Part shown: one piece after another, positions 28,106 through 38,003 of the stretch
Layout: each line of letters starts with the position of its first letter
Position numbering within the stretch: the stretch's first letter is position 1
DNA from: an uncultured Dehalococcoidia bacterium
GTDB taxonomy: Bacteria; Chloroflexota; Dehalococcoidia; Lucifugimonadales; UBA3495
NCBI GenBank assembly: GCA_950072105.1
Contig: CATMOE010000030.1
Span: 1-42,240, forward strand
DNA length: 42,240 bases
Direction: 5' to 3'
Position numbers and translations under genes: made by a program
The notes under the pieces: model-generated
What the model saw: the letters and a program-made list of their open reading frames with translations, nothing else
Database searches by the model: none
Told to the model about the DNA's origin: nothing

Positions 28106-30865
28106 ATGGTCACTGGAAGACCGGGGCTCAAGAAATCGGTGTACCAATTTAGCGAAGGGGACGCTTCCATGACCGCTCTTTTGGGCGGCAAAGGCAGCAA
28201 CCTGTGCGAAATGTTCCGGCTGGGGTTCCCGGTCCCCCCTGGCTTTGTGATCTCAACCGAAACCTGCCTGGAATATTTTGACCTGGGCAACACGTTGCCT
28301 GATGGGCTTGAAGGAATTATCCGCGCCAGCGTAGGTCAGGTGGAAGAGGCGATGGGCCGCAGATTCGGCTCCGTGGAACGCCCCCTCTTGGTGTCTGTCC
28401 GTTCTGGCGCCCGGGTTTCCATGCCGGGAATGATGGATACGATCCTCAATCTGGGCATCAACGACTCCATCGTCCAGGGCCTAGCCTTGGAGATGGGAGA
28501 CCTACGAACGGCCTTGGACGCGCATCGCCGGTTTCTCCAGATATATGCCGACGTGGTCATGGAAGTGGAGCCGGGTGTATTCGAGAAGATCCTCTCCCAC
28601 CATAAGGAAAGCGCTGGAGTAGCCCAGGACCACGAACTTACTCCCGAATCGCTCAACGACGTGATTACGGACTTCAGAAGCGCGATCCGCCAGGCCACCG
28701 GAACCGATGTTCCAACCGACCCCTGGGACCAATTGTTGCATGCCACCGAGGCGGTCTTTCGCAGTTGGACCAACCCAAGGGCTATTTTTTACCGCAATCA
28801 CAACGGCATCGACCACAACATGGGCACTGCGGTGACCATTATGGCCATGGTTTTCGGCAACCTCGGCCCCACCAGCGGAACCGGCGTGCTCTTCACACGA
28901 AATCCGGCAACGGGAGAGCGCAAGATCTACGGAGAGTTCCTGCCTAATGCCCAGGGCGAGGACGTTGTAGCCGGTGTGCGCACTCCCCAACCCATCTCCG
29001 CCTTGGCGGAGATTATGCCGGAAGCTTCCGGCCAGTTGATGGAACTAGCCGCGCGGTTGGAGACCCATTACCGGGACGCTCAGGACATTGAATTCACCAT
29101 CGAGAATGGCCGGTTGTTCATCCTCCAAACTCGCAACGCCAAGCGCACTCCCCCAGCGGCGGTGAAGATCGCGGTGGACCTGGTGGCGGAGGGCGCCATC
29201 ACCCGCGAGGAGGCGCTGCTTCAGGTGAACCCGGAAGACGTTGGACAACTGATGGTGCCCCAGTTCAAAGCGGACGTTGAATCGGACCGGATCCGGTCCG
29301 CGCTGATCGCCCGGGGTTCTGGCGCCTCACCGGGCGCGGCCACCGGGAAGTTGTACTTCGACGCGACGCGGGCTGTCGAGGCTGCCGAGGCAGGCCAGGC
29401 GGTCATACTGGTGCGTCCGGAAACCAAGCCTGACGATATCCATGGGATCGCCGCCGCCGTTGGCATCGTGACCAGCCGGGGCGGCGCTACCAGCCACGCG
29501 GCAGTGGTGACGCGAGGCATGGGCAAGCCCTGTATCGTCGGCTGCGAGGCGTTGCAGGTGGACCCGGAGCGCCAGCTTATGGTGGCCGGAGATCAGACCA
29601 TCAAGGAAGGCGCGGAGATCAGTATGGATGGCGCCAGCGGCAACGTTTACCTCGGTTATCTGGAGACGGTGCGTCCCACCCTGGACAGACTAGCCGAAGC
29701 TAACGACCTCCTAGCGTGGGCCGATCAAACACGGCGGCTAGGGGTCTGGGCCAATGCCGACACCCCCAAGGATGCTGGGCAAGCCATCGCCTTGGGGGCC
29801 GAGGGCATCGGGCTTTGCCGCACCGAGCACATGTTCTTGGACCCGATCCGCCTGCCTGCCGTGCGCCGGATGCTCCTGAACGCCGGATCCGCCGAGCAGT
29901 GGCGCCGGACTCATCTGGACGTTGAGCCTGGCCAGTTGAATACAACCGAAATGCCCGGCGACGTAGAGGAATTTTTCCAGGCCCTGGCCGAAGTGCGCCA
30001 ACTTCAAACCGACGACTTTACCCAGATACTTCGAGTTATGGCCGGCCGCCCCGTGATCATCCGGTTGTTGGACGCCCCATTACACGAGTTCTTGCCGCAA
30101 CATGAAGCGCTGCTGGCCGAGCTGGCCGAACTTCGCGCAAATAGAGCGCCCATTGCCGAGATACGAGAAAAGGAAGAATTTTTGCAATTGGTTGAGTCGC
30201 TGCGAGAAGCCAACCCGATGTTGGGGCACCGGGGTTGCCGGTTGGGTCTGACCTATCCGGCCATCTACGAGATGCAGGTGGAAGCGATAATCACCGCCAG
30301 CGGAGAGCTCATCAAAAACGGTGTGCAAGTTCACCCGGAGATTATGGTTCCTCTGACCAGCAGTGTGGAAGAGATGCGCCGGTTGCGGGAGGCCTTAACC
30401 GGCGTGGCCGAACGGCTGCAGCAGGAAATGAATGGTTCCGTTCCCTATAAGTTTGGGACCATGATCGAGACGCCGAGAGGCGCTCTGGTCGCCGGGGAAA
30501 TCGCCAAGGAATCGGACTTTTTCAGCTTCGGCACCAACGACCTGACCCAGATGGCTTTTGGCTTCAGCCGGGATGACGCCGAGGGAAAGTTCCTTCGTTT
30601 CTACGTAGAAGAAGGAATCTTGCCGGCCGATCCATTTATAACTATCGACCCGGATGGGGTCGGCGCGCTGCTAGCCATGGCGGTAAAGAGCGGCCGCAAA
30701 ACCAACCCGGAGATGGAGATGGCCATCTGCGGCGAGCACGGCGGAGACCCGGCAAGCATCGAATTCTGTCACCAAGCCGGCCTGAACTACGTAAGCTGTT
30801 CCCCTTTCCGGGTGCCGGTGGCCCGCCTGGCCGCCGCCCAAGCGGCCTTAAAGCAGTCTACTTAA
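28106..30865 (+). CDS. ppdK: Pyruvate, phosphate dikinase
   Basis: LLGGKG, SVRSGA..SMPGMMDT, GEDVVAG, GGATSHAAVV, GLCRTEHMF, FGTNDLTQ, CGEHGGDP. Confidence 0.98.
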   Translation: MVTGRPGLKKSVYQFSEGDASMTALLGGKGSNLCEMFRLGFPVPPGFVISTETCLEYFDLGNTLPDGLEGIIRASVGQVEEAMGRRFGSVERPLLVSVRSGARVSMPGMMDTILNLGINDSIVQGLALEMGDLRTALDAHRRFLQIYADVVMEVEPGVFEKILSHHKESAGVAQDHELTPESLNDVITDFRSAIRQATGTDVPTDPWDQLLHATEAVFRSWTNPRAIFYRNHNGIDHNMGTAVTIMAMVFGNLGPTSGTGVLFTRNPATGERKIYGEFLPNAQGEDVVAGVRTPQPISALAEIMPEASGQLMELAARLETHYRDAQDIEFTIENGRLFILQTRNAKRTPPAAVKIAVDLVAEGAITREEALLQVNPEDVGQLMVPQFKADVESDRIRSALIARGSGASPGAATGKLYFDATRAVEAAEAGQAVILVRPETKPDDIHGIAAAVGIVTSRGGATSHAAVVTRGMGKPCIVGCEALQVDPERQLMVAGDQTIKEGAEISMDGASGNVYLGYLETVRPTLDRLAEANDLLAWADQTRRLGVWANADTPKDAGQAIALGAEGIGLCRTEHMFLDPIRLPAVRRMLLNAGSAEQWRRTHLDVEPGQLNTTEMPGDVEEFFQALAEVRQLQTDDFTQILRVMAGRPVIIRLLDAPLHEFLPQHEALLAELAELRANRAPIAEIREKEEFLQLVESLREANPMLGHRGCRLGLTYPAIYEMQVEAIITASGELIKNGVQVHPEIMVPLTSSVEEMRRLREALTGVAERLQQEMNGSVPYKFGTMIETPRGALVAGEIAKESDFFSFGTNDLTQMAFGFSRDDAEGKFLRFYVEEGILPADPFITIDPDGVGALLAMAVKSGRKTNPEMEMAICGEHGGDPASIEFCHQAGLNYVSCSPFRVPVARLAAAQAALKQST

Positions 30866-30958
30866 CAGATCGTTAGCATCCGGCCCCGACGGATATCAAG
30901 CAAACACCGGCAGGTAAAGATAGCCGAGAGCTTTGATGCCAAAACCAATGGAGGACCT

Positions 30959-31678
30959 ATGCGAGTAAACAACGTTATAGCCAAGATGAAAGCCGGAGAG
31001 AAGGCCTACGGGTGCAGCCTTACGTTCCCATCAACCGCTGTTGTGGAACTGATAGGAATGGCTGGTCTGGACCATGTCTCCTTCGATTCTGAACACGGTC
31101 CTTTCACTCCGGAAAGTATCGACGATCTATGCCGGGTCGCCGACATGGCGGGTCTCACTCCGATGGCCCGGGTGCCGAACATCGATTCATCCACGATACT
31201 TAGGTTCTTGGACCGTGGCATCATGGGCATCACCGGACCTCATATCACCACCGGAGAGCGCGCCCAGCAACTGGCCGACGCCTGCCGTTACGTTCCGCAA
31301 GGCAAGCGCAGCTTCGGTTCTGGCCGGGGCGCTTACCACGGCGACTTCCCATCCGGACCCGAGTACATGGAGCACACCAACTCGAATATCCTGGTGATGG
31401 CGCAACTGGAAGACATCGAGGTGTTGGATCACTTGGACGATATTTTAGCGGTGGACAGGATAGACCTTTTTAGCTCGGGTGCCCAGGACATCGCCCAATC
31501 CATGGGGCTGCAGGGCCAGCCCGGACACCCGCGAGTTAAAGAATTCGAGGCCGAAGTTGCGGCCCGGGTCCACGCCGCCGGAAGGCAGATGACCTCTGAT
31601 GTGATCGTCGCCGCCGGGGCCGCGCGGCTATTTCTGGACGGGGTGGCGGCGTTCCTGCAAGCCTCGAAGAGCGCATGA
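30959..31678 (+). CDS. HpcH/HpaI aldolase family protein
   Basis: DSEHG, ARVP, RYVPQGKRS, QLED, GAQDI. Confidence 0.9.
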   Translation: MRVNNVIAKMKAGEKAYGCSLTFPSTAVVELIGMAGLDHVSFDSEHGPFTPESIDDLCRVADMAGLTPMARVPNIDSSTILRFLDRGIMGITGPHITTGERAQQLADACRYVPQGKRSFGSGRGAYHGDFPSGPEYMEHTNSNILVMAQLEDIEVLDHLDDILAVDRIDLFSSGAQDIAQSMGLQGQPGHPRVKEFEAEVAARVHAAGRQMTSDVIVAAGAARLFLDGVAAFLQASKSA

Positions 31679-31710
31679 GCCCAACCTACGGTTGCGACTC
31701 AGCCTGAACG

Positions 31711-31739
31711 TTGACCCGATCCCCATGCCGTTTTATAGT
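31711..31739 (+). promoter_or_regulatory. Sigma70-type promoter
   Basis: TTGACC-N17-TATAGT. Confidence 0.65.
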
Positions 31740-31825
31740 TTGGCGTATCCCAGAGAGCGCCATACCCAGTGGAATCGGTTCGGTCTGGGAGATACGGAAT
31801 CAAGCCAAGAACAAGGAGGCCCAGT

Positions 31826-32551
31826 TTGCCGGATAACGATTCTTTAAAGCAACGGATCCACGCTGGAGAAGTGGTGGTGGGCGTGTCGGCGCCCCTGGAT
31901 TCAGATAAGTCTGGTCTGGAAGCTATCCTAAGTAAAGACACCTACAGCTTCTTGACCATCGATAGCCAACACAGTCCATACAACGAAGAGAAGCTGGTTG
32001 CCTTCTGTGCCACGGCCCAGGACCTGGGTATGCCGGTTCAGTTCCGCATCAAGAACACCCACAATGCTTACCTCATCGGCAACGTCTTAGACCTGGGACC
32101 CGCTGCCATCGAGGTCCCATTGGTTGAAGATGAAGAGATCGTGGATGAGTCCCTGGACGCCTTTTATTATCCCCAGGTGGGACACCGGAGTTGGGGCGGC
32201 GCCGCCCGGCACGGTATCGCCGGGCGGGACGACAGGCTGGAATACGCCAAGTGGTGGAACGAGCACGGGGTGCTATGCCTTCAGATGGAGACCCTAGCCG
32301 CGGTGACCAACGCCCGGCGGCTGGCTAAACCCGGGGTTGATTGCCTGACCTGGGGACCGGCCGATCTGAGTTTCGACATTGAAGCCCATCCTCAGCATCC
32401 ATTTCAAACGGTGGATGACTGCCTACGGCATGTGCTAAAACAGTTGGAGGGCACCACCGTCCGAATCAGCTTCCGTAACAGCACCCCGGACCAGCGGCAA
32501 AAGTACATCGATATGGGAATCACGGTATTCATGGAGAGGCCCCAGGCCTGA
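31826..32551 (+). CDS. HpcH/HpaI aldolase family protein
   Basis: DSQHSP, YYPQVGHRSWGG, QMET, GPADL; SD AAGGAGG before TTG 31826. Confidence 0.88.
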   Translation: MPDNDSLKQRIHAGEVVVGVSAPLDSDKSGLEAILSKDTYSFLTIDSQHSPYNEEKLVAFCATAQDLGMPVQFRIKNTHNAYLIGNVLDLGPAAIEVPLVEDEEIVDESLDAFYYPQVGHRSWGGAARHGIAGRDDRLEYAKWWNEHGVLCLQMETLAAVTNARRLAKPGVDCLTWGPADLSFDIEAHPQHPFQTVDDCLRHVLKQLEGTTVRISFRNSTPDQRQKYIDMGITVFMERPQA

Positions 32552-32557
32552 TTCGAC

Positions 32558-34378
32558 TTGTCAGCAGAAGATTCAATAAACGCCATACATTGGACCGAGT
32601 GGGGAGACGCGGCTTTCCGGCGGTCCGAGTCGGAAGACAAGCCCATTCTTCTCGCCCTGACCGCTACCTGGTGTCATTGGTGCCACGTGATGGACGAGAC
32701 ATCTTACAGCGATCCCCAGGTGATCGATCTGATCGATTCCCGATTCATTCCGGTGCGGGTCGACGTGGACCAACGGCCTGAGATCTCTCACCGCTACAAC
32801 CAGGGCGGCTTCCCGTCGGTCGCTGTTCTGGATCATCGTGGCGATCTGATCGCCGGCCGGATCTACACCCCTCCGGAAGAGATGGTCCGATTTCTAGAGC
32901 AGGCAAGCTCCGGACATCCTGATCTCATTGAATCGGCGCCACCATCTATAGCGGCTTCGGCGGGTGAGCCAGGCGCCGAGGTAACTTCGGTGCTGCAACG
33001 CCTGGAGGAGTTGTACGATTCCAACTTCGGAGGATTTGGATCTGAACCCAAGCAGCCTCCTTGGGATGGGGTGGAGCTGCTTCTGGAGCGTTACGGCCAC
33101 ACGCGGGAGAAACGTCTTTTGACGATGGCGACCACCACTCTCGACGGGGTCCGCGCCGGGCTATATGACCAGAACGACCAAGGCTTCTTCCGCTACTCGG
33201 TTTCCAAAGACTGGAAGGTACCCCACTACGAAAAGATGCTGTGCACCAACGCCAGCCTTGCCGAAACCTATTTCAAGGCGTATCAGGTTACCGGACGCAC
33301 GGCCTACCGGCAGTCCGGTCTGGGCGCCCTCCGGTACATGCTGGAATCCCTTTGCGACCATTCAAGCGGGCTGTTTTACGCCAGCCAAGACGCCGGAGAA
33401 GCCTACTACGCCCTCTCGTGGAGTCAGCGAGAGCATGCGGAGAAGCCTCGAATCGACCGAACTTTTTACTCCGGCTGGAACGCCATGGCCGCCTCGTCGT
33501 TGCTAAAAGCATACGGCGCCGTGGGAGAGGAATCTTATCTCCAGCTCGCCCGGGATGTACTGGATAGGCTGTGGCGGGAAGGGTGGACTGAGGAAGGTGG
33601 TTTCCGCCATTCCATGGACGGGCCTATAGAACGAGATGTGGAACCACCTACCCAGCGGTCTCGCTACCTTTCGGATCAGGTTCACGCCCTGGGAGGATTT
33701 CTAGATCTTTATCAAGCCACGGGGGACGCTGAGGCGCTGCAAACGGCGATCCAAGTCGTCGAGAGCATCCAAAGGTTATTCGGCGCGTCTGACGGTGGAT
33801 ACCACGACGTCTGTGATATCTCTGCCAACCCAGAGCCGATGATGCGGCCGGTGAAACCCGTATTGGAAAACTCTTTGATGGGGGTGGCGCTTATCCGATT
33901 ATGCTGCCTGACCGGCCAACATGCGTTGGAGCAACGGGCTCGGGATACGCTTAGCCTGTTTCGGGGTGTCGCTCCGGGCAGCAGTTATCTAGGACCGCCG
34001 GGGCTGCGGCGCATGGAAGAGGACGAGGAAAAGCTGTACCTGCCGGCGGCGCCGGTTTGGGCCAAGGCATGGGATATGTTACAGCGCGGGCCGGTGCACT
34101 TCGTCTTGGTAGGGTCGTCGTCCGACCGTAGGACTCGACGCCTGCTGAGGTCGGCCCTGAGGGTTTACGCGCCCCATAAGATCGTCCAAGCGCTTGATCC
34201 CCAAGATGACATAGACCGCGTAGAGGACCTGGGATTCCCCGTCGACGGCCCGCCAGCCTTATACGTCTGCATGTCCGGCATGTGCATGGCGCCCGTCTAC
34301 ACTCCGGCCCAAGTCAGAAGATTAGCATCGGAACTACCCTGGGTAGGGTCCCCTAGATTCGTTACCCTCCAAGGCTAA
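32558..34378 (+). CDS. DUF255/YyaL-type thioredoxin-domain protein
   Basis: WCHWCHVMD, GGFGSEPK, GFFRYS..W.VPHYEKML. Confidence 0.9.
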   Translation: MSAEDSINAIHWTEWGDAAFRRSESEDKPILLALTATWCHWCHVMDETSYSDPQVIDLIDSRFIPVRVDVDQRPEISHRYNQGGFPSVAVLDHRGDLIAGRIYTPPEEMVRFLEQASSGHPDLIESAPPSIAASAGEPGAEVTSVLQRLEELYDSNFGGFGSEPKQPPWDGVELLLERYGHTREKRLLTMATTTLDGVRAGLYDQNDQGFFRYSVSKDWKVPHYEKMLCTNASLAETYFKAYQVTGRTAYRQSGLGALRYMLESLCDHSSGLFYASQDAGEAYYALSWSQREHAEKPRIDRTFYSGWNAMAASSLLKAYGAVGEESYLQLARDVLDRLWREGWTEEGGFRHSMDGPIERDVEPPTQRSRYLSDQVHALGGFLDLYQATGDAEALQTAIQVVESIQRLFGASDGGYHDVCDISANPEPMMRPVKPVLENSLMGVALIRLCCLTGQHALEQRARDTLSLFRGVAPGSSYLGPPGLRRMEEDEEKLYLPAAPVWAKAWDMLQRGPVHFVLVGSSSDRRTRRLLRSALRVYAPHKIVQALDPQDDIDRVEDLGFPVDGPPALYVCMSGMCMAPVYTPAQVRRLASELPWVGSPRFVTLQG

Positions 34379-34463
34379 CCGGCCCCACTCGCGAACCTCC
34401 CGAAAACCCGGTCCACCGTACGGGCGATTTGAAAGAAATAGAATTTGTCTCCGGAGAAGAGCG

Positions 34464-35552
34464 ATGGACTATGGAATAGCGATTCCGTCATATATCGACG
34501 CCTGGCGGGAGGTCAAAGCGGCTGAGGAAGCAGGCTTTTCCCACGCCTGGTTCTACGACTCTCAGTTGATATACAGCGACGTGTACGCGACGATGGCCCT
34601 GGCCGCCCAGAACACCAGCCGGATACGGCTGGGCACCCTGGTGGCGATCCCCAGCAACCGCATCGCTCCGGTGACCGCGTCAGCCATCGCGACCATCAAT
34701 AAACTGGCGCCGGGCCGGGTGATCTTGGCTATTGGAACCGGTTATACCGGGCGAAATACCATGGGTTTGCCCGCCATTTCGGTAAACCGGTTGAAGGAGT
34801 ACACCCGGCAAGTGCAGGGTCTACTAAGCGGCGAAGACGTGCTGTTCCGAGAGGGAGAGCGAGAGCGCTGGATACGTCTAGTTCACCCTGATCACGAAAG
34901 TTTCATAAATATCAAAGACCCGATCCCTGTCTATCTCGCGGCCAACGGACCCAGGGCGCTACAGGCGGTGGGTGAACTCGCCGATGGTTGGGTGACGACC
35001 TTTCGGTCTAGGAGAAGCCTGGAGCCCAACTTTGCCAAGATTGCCAACGCGGCGGAGCAGGCAGGCCGCGGTCCGGTGAAACCATACACGGTGGCGTTGA
35101 CTTCCGGTTGCGTCCTACGCGAAGGAGAGTCGTTGACGTCTGACCGGGTCGTGGCTCAGTTGGGTCCCAGCATATTGGTAGGGATGCACGCCCAATGGGA
35201 AGCGGTTTACGGCCCGGGAGCGGACCTTGGGGCGCAGCCTGACGCCGACTTGGCCGCTGCCTACAACACCTATATCCAGGAATATGCGGAGACCAGCGGG
35301 ACACCCTCTGACCGACTGTATCTCGACGTGCACCGGGGGCACATGGTTTTCTTAAAACCTGGGGAGGAGAGATTCGCCACGGAAAGCGCCCTGGCAAGAA
35401 CGTTGACCGGCAGCGGACCGGAGATTATCGGGCAGCTTGAGGTGATGGAAGCCGCCGGAATCGACAACGTCGTAGTCTCGGTCCCCAACGCCCAGGGCGC
35501 CCGCGACTTCATCCAAGATTTCAGCCGGGAAGTGATCGCGAAGCGGGGGTAG
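34464..35552 (+). CDS. LLM-class flavin/F420-dependent oxidoreductase
   Basis: WFYDSQ, TSRIRLGT, LAPGRVILAIGTG, AANGPRAL..VGELADG. Confidence 0.9.
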   Translation: MDYGIAIPSYIDAWREVKAAEEAGFSHAWFYDSQLIYSDVYATMALAAQNTSRIRLGTLVAIPSNRIAPVTASAIATINKLAPGRVILAIGTGYTGRNTMGLPAISVNRLKEYTRQVQGLLSGEDVLFREGERERWIRLVHPDHESFINIKDPIPVYLAANGPRALQAVGELADGWVTTFRSRRSLEPNFAKIANAAEQAGRGPVKPYTVALTSGCVLREGESLTSDRVVAQLGPSILVGMHAQWEAVYGPGADLGAQPDADLAAAYNTYIQEYAETSGTPSDRLYLDVHRGHMVFLKPGEERFATESALARTLTGSGPEIIGQLEVMEAAGIDNVVVSVPNAQGARDFIQDFSREVIAKRG

Positions 35553-35620
35553 GGGGTTGTGTGCCAACCCTCTGCCATTTTTGTTCAAGCGTCCGCCCCG
35601 TCGCTCCGCACACAACCGAA

Positions 35621-35629
35621 TGTTACAAT
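35621..35629 (+). promoter_or_regulatory. Extended -10 element
   Basis: TGtTACAAT upstream of the tandem CoA-transferase gene. Confidence 0.4.
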
Positions 35630-35704
35630 CATCCAGCCGAAACCGGCTTCTTCTAGATTATTGGTCCGAAAATCTAATCGCAGATAAGAACATAGGGGGC
35701 TGAC

Positions 35705-37990
35705 ATGGCTGGTGCGCTTGATGGATTTAAGGTGATCGACTTTGGGCAGTACATCGCTGGGCCCTTGGTGGGAATGCTGATGGCGGACCAGGGGGCCGAT
35801 GTGATTAAGGTCGACCCTCCCGGCGGGCCGCGCTGGAAAACCCCGGCGAACGCCACCTGGAATCGGGGCAAGCGCAGCATCGTGCTGGACCTGAAGGAGG
35901 CCGGAGACTTGTCCACGGCCAAAGGATTGATCCAAGGAGCCGACGTTGTGGTGGAGAACTTCCGCCCCGGAGTCATGGACAAGCTCGGTTTGGGAGCGGA
36001 GGCCATGACCCTGGCCAACCCCCGCCTGGTCTACCTGTCGCTGCCTGGATTCGCCTCCGACGACCCCCGCGCCGCCACCCCTGCTTGGGAAGGAATCTTG
36101 GGCGCGGCTACGGCTACATACCGGCCCCGTCCGTCGGAAAGTGGAACGCAAGATCCCGTGTACACCGCCATCCCGATCTCCTCCAATTACGGGGCCTTCC
36201 AAGGCGTGGTGGCCACGATAATGGCGCTAATCTCCCGGGAACGGGACGGTGTTGGACAGCGCATAGAGGAACCTTTGTTCGACGCTACCTTTGCATCCAT
36301 CGGCCGGGCCGGCATGAGAGTTCACAGTGAAAAGGATACCGGTGTGGACTTGCGCCGGATCTGGGGCGGCCATTTCCAATGCAAGGATGGGCGTTGGGTG
36401 CGATTCGGAGGCTCTGGTAACCAGAACCTTCACCAGTTCGTCGAGGCTGCCGGCATTACCTCCTGGCATGCCGAAGGTTTGACCGACGTCGACCGGCTCG
36501 GCCGCGAGGTTGAGTTGGCTGACGAACTGGAGCGCCGGATGAAAGAGCTGTTTAAAACTCGCACTGCCCAAGAGTGGGAAGACTTGGTTGCCGGAGCAGG
36601 CAGTGAGTGCGCCATGTGCCGCACTAGTGAAGAGTGGTTCTCCCATCCCCACGCCTTGGAATCCAAAATGGTGATAGAGGTCCAGGACCCTACCTACGGG
36701 AAGATGCTGCAGCCGGGCATAAACGCCCGATTGTCGCTTACTCCTGGAGAAGTGCGCCGCCCGGCGCCGGCGCCGGACCAAGATCGGGAAGAGATTCTTT
36801 TAGAGGTGGCGTCTCGGCAACAGGCTCCTCCGGCGCAGGCCGCTGACAAAACCATGCGTTCCGTTCTGGAAGGGGTCAAAGTGCTCGACTTGTGCATCAT
36901 TCTCGCCGGGCCTACCTGCGGCCGAACGCTGGCCGAGTACGGCGCCGACGTTATCAAGATCGATAACCCAAGCCGTGGCAGCACCGTCTCTTCTCACAAT
37001 GAGGTCAACCGGGGGAAACGCAGCATATTGTTGGATCTGAAAACCCAGGAGGGTCTGGACGTATTCTGGCATTTGCTGGAAGACACCGACGTTGTAGCCC
37101 AGAATTACCGCGCGGGCAGGATTGAGGCCCTGGGTCTGGGCTATGAAGAATTGCGCAAGCGAAAACCGGATATCATCTACGTGTCGCTCAATGCCTATGG
37201 TCATCTGGGTCCCTGGGCCGGCCGGCCGGGTCACGAACAGTTCGCCCAGGCCGCTACCGGCATGGACCGCCGTTTGGGGGGCGATGGTACTCCCACAACC
37301 CAGCCCAATGCGATCAACGACTACGGTACCGGGTACATGGGAGCATACGGCGTGGCCTTGGCTCTGTTGCACCGGGAGCGCACTGGCCAAGGACAGCACG
37401 TAGATTCGGCTCTGGCCTACACGGCCATGATCCACCAATCACCTTATATGCAACTTTACGACGGTAAATCTTGGGACGAGCCCCGGGGTATGGATTCGAT
37501 GGGCGGCCGACCGCTGCACCGGGCCTATCAAGCCAAGGACGGCTGGCTCTTCGTCGGCGCTCAAGAGAGCGATCTGCCGCGCCTGGCCACGGTCGACGGA
37601 CTTTCTAGTATAGATGCTCTCCATGGAGAGGCGCTGACCGAGTCGCTGGAGGAACGCTTCAAGGCTGGCACCGTCCAATCTTGGGTCCAACGGCTGAACG
37701 ATGCCGGTGTCGGCGCTCACCGGGTTGTTAGCGCATTGAGTGAGCTGCTGGACGATCCTTGGGTTATCGACCATGGTCTCAGCCTTACCAGGGAACACGA
37801 CGAGATCGGGTTGGTAACCGGCGTCGGCCCCTCGCCCCGGCTGTCGAGGACACCGGTGGCGCCAGGCCGGCCCGCTCCCAAACCCGGCGCCCAAGGCCGC
37901 GAGATATTAGAGGAAGTTGGCATGGGTCAGGAGTTCGACAGGCTGCTGGAGCGAGGCGTTATATTGACCGAAGGTGTTGCGGCGGGCTGA
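35705..37990 (+). CDS. Two-domain (tandem) family III CoA-transferase
   Basis: Two copies of L(D/E)GxKV..AGP..GADVIK..NRGKRSI; only the second has Asp (AINDYGTG). Confidence 0.92.
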   Translation: MAGALDGFKVIDFGQYIAGPLVGMLMADQGADVIKVDPPGGPRWKTPANATWNRGKRSIVLDLKEAGDLSTAKGLIQGADVVVENFRPGVMDKLGLGAEAMTLANPRLVYLSLPGFASDDPRAATPAWEGILGAATATYRPRPSESGTQDPVYTAIPISSNYGAFQGVVATIMALISRERDGVGQRIEEPLFDATFASIGRAGMRVHSEKDTGVDLRRIWGGHFQCKDGRWVRFGGSGNQNLHQFVEAAGITSWHAEGLTDVDRLGREVELADELERRMKELFKTRTAQEWEDLVAGAGSECAMCRTSEEWFSHPHALESKMVIEVQDPTYGKMLQPGINARLSLTPGEVRRPAPAPDQDREEILLEVASRQQAPPAQAADKTMRSVLEGVKVLDLCIILAGPTCGRTLAEYGADVIKIDNPSRGSTVSSHNEVNRGKRSILLDLKTQEGLDVFWHLLEDTDVVAQNYRAGRIEALGLGYEELRKRKPDIIYVSLNAYGHLGPWAGRPGHEQFAQAATGMDRRLGGDGTPTTQPNAINDYGTGYMGAYGVALALLHRERTGQGQHVDSALAYTAMIHQSPYMQLYDGKSWDEPRGMDSMGGRPLHRAYQAKDGWLFVGAQESDLPRLATVDGLSSIDALHGEALTESLEERFKAGTVQSWVQRLNDAGVGAHRVVSALSELLDDPWVIDHGLSLTREHDEIGLVTGVGPSPRLSRTPVAPGRPAPKPGAQGREILEEVGMGQEFDRLLERGVILTEGVAAG

Positions 37991-38003
37991 ACGGAGGATC
38001 TGG

